A stretch of DNA of 64,000 bases, taken from positions 4,278,001 to 4,342,000 of the forward strand of contig CATNEN010000011.1 in the NCBI GenBank assembly GCA_950097015.1. Direction: 5' to 3'. The notes beneath the pieces are model-generated. The model did no database searches, had not been told where the DNA came from, and was given only the letters and a program-made list of their open reading frames with translations. The position numbers were made by a program, and so were the translations under genes. This document shows positions 57,997 to 64,000 of this stretch, one piece after another. The stretch is from Macrostomum hystrix. Lineage: Eukaryota > Animalia > Platyhelminthes. Numbering within the stretch: the first letter of the stretch is position 1; every line of letters starts with the position of its first letter.

Positions 57997-60900
57997 GATC
58001 TACATTCCGAAAAACGGTAGGTGTGGCGTTTATTGTAGCGTTTTATAAAAAATAATAAAATCAGAATTAATTTTCTCCCTTTCCCAGTGAAATGCAAATT
58101 AAAAATGAAAGGACCCGTAAAATGCAGCTTAGATTTCATGCATCGCCTGCGCGCAGAAGGCCAGCACTCCGGCAGCAATTCTTGGAATATTCACGTTCAC
58201 AAATTCCTAGCTGAAACGAATGCCCAAGAATTGGATTAGACTCTTACTTTTCTAGGAGCAAATCAACAAAGTGAAGTCGGATGGCTGAATGATGGAACAA
58301 ATCTTTCAAGTGCCCACACGAGCTCCCAGTAGGGGGCCTAAGCGGCTTAGCGACTCATGTCTGAGTCTGGATGGACTGGACCAATCACTTTCCTTTCTGC
58401 TGCAGCGCTGGCTCTCCGCAGTGCAAGAGACGGAAGGGACAACGCCGGTACCAGTTGGGGTCGGTATTAGATTTCAGAAAACGAAGTGGACTGAACTGAA
58501 TTGCAGCCGAGGGCCCAGGGGTGTAAGTACTTCCCCATGGCCCAACCCACCGACTCCCATGCTCCAGCACTAACTTTGTTCGCCTACTTCTCTGCCCCCC
58601 CAGCCGCATATCCACTCGTCGTGGAGTGAAACTGAATGCAGGCAGTCCCGATAGTCGGCGGTGTGGAAGGCTCCACTGGCCAAGCTTTTAGGGTCCTTTT
58701 GCGCTCTCTGGCGACGGGTCGCGCGATAAATTTGGCGGCCATTTTGGGCAGGAATAAGCAAGAAGGAAGGCAGAGTTTTGCCATCCCGGTTCCTCTCATC
58801 CACTTGTGAGTTTGGACAGACCTGGTTGAGGATTGAGAAGGGGGATGGTTTTGTGTATGTGTGTGTGTGTGTTGGGATTGAGTCGAGACGGAATGACTGG
58901 ACCATGAAAAATGCCTCATTCTTCCCAAATCCATACCGCAGCTCCAGAAGAAGCAACATTAAAGTTCTCTAACCAGAACCTACTGTTCTCAATGGACTCT
59001 AGCTGTGTCCAGTAGGATGGCTTCTCTGTGCTACGTTTCTCGTCATAGTTAGGATGTTTTTTCTAGCACTGCTCTGGTTTTAAGAATGCGCATGTATTGA
59101 TGGTGCTGCCCACTGTGCTTTGGAGGCTAATAGTTTAAATGTTAACGATGATGCTATCCAATAATTATTTAATTATTATTATTTTTAATTATTTAATTAT
59201 TTAATTATTTAATTATTATTTAATTATAATAATTATTAATTATAACGAATCCCAAGCTTTAGCCTGTAGTCAGGCTGGTGCCAAATAAACTACAGTCAGG
59301 TATACACAGGCTCATAAATAATCGGAATTGTTAGGCCACTAGTGTACATGCGACAACCCGTCACCATGCACTCATCAGTGTCTGCCGTACGAGAGGCATC
59401 TGGCATTGGACTCCTAAAAGCACACAGCTGCGGTGAAAGGAAATTTAGTATTCGTGTCTGTATTTTGTAACTAAATCTGAGTAAGAGTATCCTATATCGG
59501 TATTAATAGCATAGTTACTTGTCGCATCCAAGACCAACGGCTTGCTTTCCGTGAGGAACGAGATACGATGACAGACTAACAGGACAGATGCGCGCGCCTC
59601 AGCTAGCCATGCTGTTGGTGGTATCCGGGAAATGGTAGAGACACTGCCGGTTGGACGAAAGGCGCACTTTCATAAATAATTTATGAGGTTGCTACCGGAC
59701 GGTCAGCTGCTTAGAACTATGCGCGGCCTCCATTAGCCTCTGCCCATGCAGCGCTCTGGGGTTAGGCAGTACAAACGAAACTAGAACCGCAGCGACTCAT
59801 CAAGCGCTTCCCCAGCGCTCACTGCACGTGCTGTCCAGTGTCGTCAAAGCCGGAATCCAGTCATGCACGTCAATGGACGGGGGATGGAAAACAGAAGAGA
59901 CTGGGCAGGTAGTATTCAGGCACGTGCATAATTACGTAGCGGAAGAATATAGCGGCATTTTTTTGGAATAATCTAGTCATCTTCGTGTCCGCCTCTCCTT
60001 GAGACAGGTGAGAGGCGATGGAGCAAGCGGTTTTGACACCTTCATGGGTCAATGAGGAGAGCAAACATTGTGACAGGCAGGGGTGGCTCTTGTATTCCTA
60101 GAAAACAAAGTCATATACCAAAGCTTGTACTTTATAAAATAAATTAGGATGATAAGGAACTTTTAGATTATTTTTGCTCGTATTTCCGTTCGAAACTTCT
60201 AAGTCTGTTGAATAACCCCTACTGTGAAATATGCAGTTGACATATTAAAATTTTAATGCAGACTTGTATATGCTTTGAAAAAGATGCCGACAATTTAAAA
60301 AAAGCTTTTAAGCATCGAAAGAAAGACAGTATCGAAAAAATTGTCAGCTAAGATTAAAGTGCGTTTGCGAATTTAGGGTTCATTTTAGCCTATCTGAAAT
60401 CAGCGCCAATCCCAATGGGATGGAACTATCAGGCTCAAATGCACAAAATTTGCAACATTTTCTTTCGCCAAATATAATTTTTGGCAAAAAACTGGGAACT
60501 GCAAGGCGACTCAGACTCATAATACGGTACAGGGATGCCCCCTCATCCAGCTGCTGATTCTTTTTTGGCTAATTTTCATGCACAGAAATGGCTGGGGGCG
60601 ATTGCGCTGGTATGGGAACATTCTATATGTAGCCGTAGGGGATGCGCCGAATCTACAATGAGACTAGCAGGCAGACAGATGCTGTCAGTTGCTCATGCTT
60701 CAGCGCAGTACACTCTAGTGCCCTGGCCAAGTCTTATTAGTAATGGTATGGTAGCGCCTGCGTCATTAGCTCTCTCAGCCGGCGCTGGAGTGCGGCCCAC
60801 TTCATTGGGTCTTAAACTTTCCCTTCTCTCCTGTTTATTCTATTTCTATCTCTTTCACTGCTGGCACATTTTCTTCCTGAAGTGGGCGACGGCCGGGCTG

Positions 60901-61085
60901 CGAACTCGATGGGGCTGAAGAGCTGTGGGCAGCGAGAGCGGGTTGAAACTCTGAGAGGCGAAAAGCGGTCACAGTCTCGGCATGAGAGAGTGGACGTAGG
61001 CAATGGCAAAGAAGTGGAGAATGGAGAAAATCAGTTTACACTCTTTGAGCTTTTGCGTCCGGCAGCTCCCAGTTACGAGCTAAAA

Positions 61086-61116
<31 letters not shown>

Positions 61117-61423
61117 TGCGAGTCAAAACATTATTGACCAGCTTACTTACCAGCTTACCTACTCACAAAAATGCATCGGAAAAAGCTTACTATTTCACAA
61201 ATGATGCACTTTTATTCGTAATCCAACGGAACGCAGTTAATGCAAAGCTGCGAAAGCTTGTTTGGCCGACTAACCCGCCAAATTACATCACAATCTGCTG
61301 ATTGTGATGCAGCAGAACAGTGTATCAGATTCCCATCGGCTTGAATAGACTAAATGGCATTTGGATCGAGTGATTAGAGGCAGCTCACGCACCACTGAGT
61401 GTGTAGAAGCACTGCAGATGCTC

Positions 61424-61724
61424 ATTAATAATAATAACTGCGGGAGTGCTGCGGGCAATGGCACACCATTTGTGACACTAGACCAGCATCCAGCGAGGAG
61501 GCAATTCTGCCATTCCGCCGACTCCTCAGCACACACGCACACAGATACTGTACGCAGTCACACGCTCACACAGGTGTGTAAATTTGCTATGACTTTCCCA
61601 TCGTCAAAAATCTCACTGTGCCTAGGAGGTTGGCCCTCAAATGAAAGCAGTCCCGTTGCGAAATTAAGCTCAGGGAACTTAGTGCGAGAGGCAAACACGT
61701 TCGCTGCTCTGCCAATCACGCCGC
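61424..61724 (-). mobile_element. SINE family A, diverged copy
   Basis: Tail AATAATAACTGCGGGAG..GGGCAATGGCAC..GTGACACTAGA, body GCGAGGAGGCAATTC, head GTGCGAGAGGCAAAC. Confidence 0.75.
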
Positions 61725-62544
61725 AGTGCTCCTTAGTTCGGAGGATAAATATTGAACAGCGCACAGTGCTCGTGAATGGAATGAGAATAATAGTTTTTCC
61801 CCCAAAGCAGAACTATATTTGTGAAACATTTCCACTAGAGAGGTAAAAGACGATGTTGACAGTTGGGACAGCAAAATGAGCGGAAGTGTTTCATCGACGC
61901 TCGCCTGTCACTCGACTGGTACAGATTGATTTGATTGATTTGTTCATTTCCAAGGAACATTTTATGGATGCAGCCATGCAGGGCAAATCATGGTTAGTAC
62001 AAAACACAAAAAATGTGCGAACTTGTAAACTGTGATTAAATGCGGGTTGATCAGTGGCTCAAAAGTGTAGTAAGAACTTTTAAAAAACACTTTAAGCGCT
62101 TTTTGTAGTAATAAACAGTAAAATTCGTGTTGAAAAACACTATCTAGACTACTACTCACAGTAGGACAATAAAGTATGAGAAGTTACTGAGACTGAAATA
62201 GATTAAATGACTCCGTAAAAGCAGAAATTAAAATTCGTGCACAAACAGATAATGAGATAAAATTTGATAAGCTTTACTGCGAGGCAAATGAAGAACAATA
62301 TCCTGGATTAAAGTGCGATGAAATTCATCCTCTCTCATATCAGTGACATATCAAACGTCATGCACAGATCTCCGCCGATGACAGCAAAACCTGCTAGACC
62401 AAAAGCTCAGGTGCTGTGAATTGTACAGCTGAGAGCATCTATAATTAGAAGTCGATTATTTTCAGTCAGTCACCAGTTTTCGGCTCCGCCCAGGTAAAAC
62501 CACTCGTGAGTTCTATTGCACTCCAGTCGTAGATACTCATGAAT

Positions 62545-62760
62545 GTCAGTTAAGCCAGGAAGCACTGTGGCTTTAGGAAGGGTTTGAGGTGAGCTTCCCG
62601 GCACATTGTTGGTGGCAGAGTCTCTATTGAATGCAAATGTTTGACTTCGATATGCGAAACACTGGGCACTGCTCTGTGTGGTTTTATGGACCAACAGAGT
62701 TTGTCTGCATGGTTTAATTCAACTCTAGCAGAGTGGATGGGTGGAGCAGGAGCTGGAGAC
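62545..62760 (+). pseudogene. Possible highly decayed LINE reverse-transcriptase fragment
   Basis: HCGFRKG..*ASRHI...IEC...LCGFMDQQ loosely follows the QxGFRxGRS.xDHI...IE...L.FxD motif; weak. Confidence 0.3.
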
Positions 62761-63646
62761 TTAATTCGGGACAAGTTCCGGGCAAAATACTTTGCAAATG
62801 TTTGCTCCCCACAGCTGTCTAAGCTAAATTTGTATTCATAAATTTTTGTTTAGTTATTGCTTGCTTGATGATGTTCAGGTTGTAAATTTGTACTAGAAAA
62901 TGTTGCACGCGCACTCTATGTATACATAAGCTTATAGACAGAGCTTGTATAGGCCTCGCAATATTGATTTTTGGATGAAATGAAACTGGTAGGAATTCTT
63001 GCCAATTGTGCGAGTAATAAACTTGTCGAGTTCCTCGAGCCAAAGAATTCGGATCTACTCGCAAAAAAACTTCTAGAATTTCTAAGTAAATTAGGGAATA
63101 ACAGTGCGAGAATCTGTAGCAGAAACTCAAGACAACACACCACTCTAGAACCAGGTAGTTTCTTTACCACAAGAATGAGAACTAAACCAGTTTGCAATTA
63201 TTACACGCCATGCATTTGTACCGACATGTAGGGATATCTTCTCATTATTTTTAATGGGAGTAAAAAGTCAAACGATGAAAAAATGGCCTTAAAAACTATC
63301 TGGGTATGAAACTTGAACTCTAGGAATTCAGCCAAAAGTACATTCAGATAAAATAACGAGCAATGAGAGTCGACCCAGACACAGGTTGTGATAGTACATA
63401 AAACAATCGTGTAATACATGCAGGAAACATTCTGAAATGGCATGAATTATTTAGAGACAAACTGAATAAGCCTGCTAGGCCCACCGACTCTGGACGAGTC
63501 GCGCAAGTTATTCCAGAAACCAGGCGCCAACTAAACTAGGATGCCCTTCTCCCTGCCCTGCAGGTCCGCCTCCATTGGCTGAGTAGCTGAGGGCCAGTCC
63601 CAGACGCCCGCCCGGCTTTGCCAGCCTCAACCGCCGTCAACTGCTA

Positions 63647-64000
63647 ATGCCAGCAGAGAGGAGCATGGCTCAGAGCGTTGACCTAACGACTGGACAGGCT
63701 GCTTCCGAACCGTCACCTTCCAGCGACTGGAATCAGCAGCAGCAGCAGACGCAGCAGCAGCATTTCCAACTAGTGACAGTCCAGATTGAAAAGCAGCCGG
63801 GTCAGGCTTTGGGATTCTACATCCGAGAGGGCGCGGAACAGAGCGGCTCAACCAGCGGCGACTCCCCAGGGATCTACGTCTCGCGACTTAACGAGGCCGG
63901 CGGGGGCAGCGACTGCGGCCTAGTTGTTGGCGATCGTCTGCTGAGCGTGAACGGCGTCGACTTAAGCGCCGCCACCATCGACGACGCCGTCTTGCTGATG
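63647..64000 (+). CDS. syd-1: N-terminal PDZ domain of a Syd-1/RhoGAP100F-like protein (partial, runs off the window)
   Basis: VQIEKQPGQALGFYIREG...GIYVSRL...GLVVGDRLLSVNGVDLSAATIDDAVLLM. KxPGQxLGxYIREG recalls Syd-1 rather than Par-6. The PDZ call is firm; the symbol is tentative. Acceptor-like CCCTGCAG ends at 63563. Confidence 0.6.
   Translation, partial: MPAERSMAQSVDLTTGQAASEPSPSSDWNQQQQQTQQQHFQLVTVQIEKQPGQALGFYIREGAEQSGSTSGDSPGIYVSRLNEAGGGSDCGLVVGDRLLSVNGVDLSAATIDDAVLLM

Noticed and set aside
59340-59400. CTGATGAG plus a stem on the minus strand as a hammerhead ribozyme
   Set aside because: No GAAA after the stem.
58100-60070. GC-richer patches that might be exons
   Set aside because: Could not build a phase-consistent model or recognise a domain; left unannotated.
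9277-61724. A/B-box sequences as genuine tRNA genes
   Set aside because: All continue into shared SINE bodies and lack a complete cloverleaf.

Overview
Eukaryotic (invertebrate animal) genomic DNA with GT-AG introns and many 15-54 bp minisatellites. The overall look suggests a flatworm such as Macrostomum, but that is a guess. There are no prokaryotic features or CRISPR arrays. In order: (1) a two-exon gene for a secreted protein with two Ly6/uPAR-like domains, a 21-bp-repeat Thr/Ala/Gly mucin stalk and a GPI signal; (2) a decayed, intronless AlkB (ALKBH2/3-type) dioxygenase domain between satellites; (3) a MITE-like element whose end has expanded into a 27-bp satellite; (4) a cluster (8-27 kb) of at least five divergent RING/B-box/coiled-coil (TRIM-like) paralogs, three apparently intact; (5) inside the cluster, a young, intact BEL/Pao LTR retrotransposon (259-bp LTRs, GTGTC TSD, tRNA-Lys PBS); (6) RPGRIP1L (12 exons, minus strand), whose first intron holds a same-strand, intronless 1205-aa Ig-like type I membrane protein gene; (7) a Na+/K+-ATPase alpha-type P2C ATPase (8 exons) with an unusual Lys at the N776 ion-site position and tandemly duplicated splice acceptors; (8) large minisatellite arrays; (9) the start of a PDZ gene resembling syd-1/RhoGAP100F. 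Two tRNA-derived SINE families are scattered throughout. Exon models were built by hand from splice consensus, phase and remembered homolog motifs. No database search was run.
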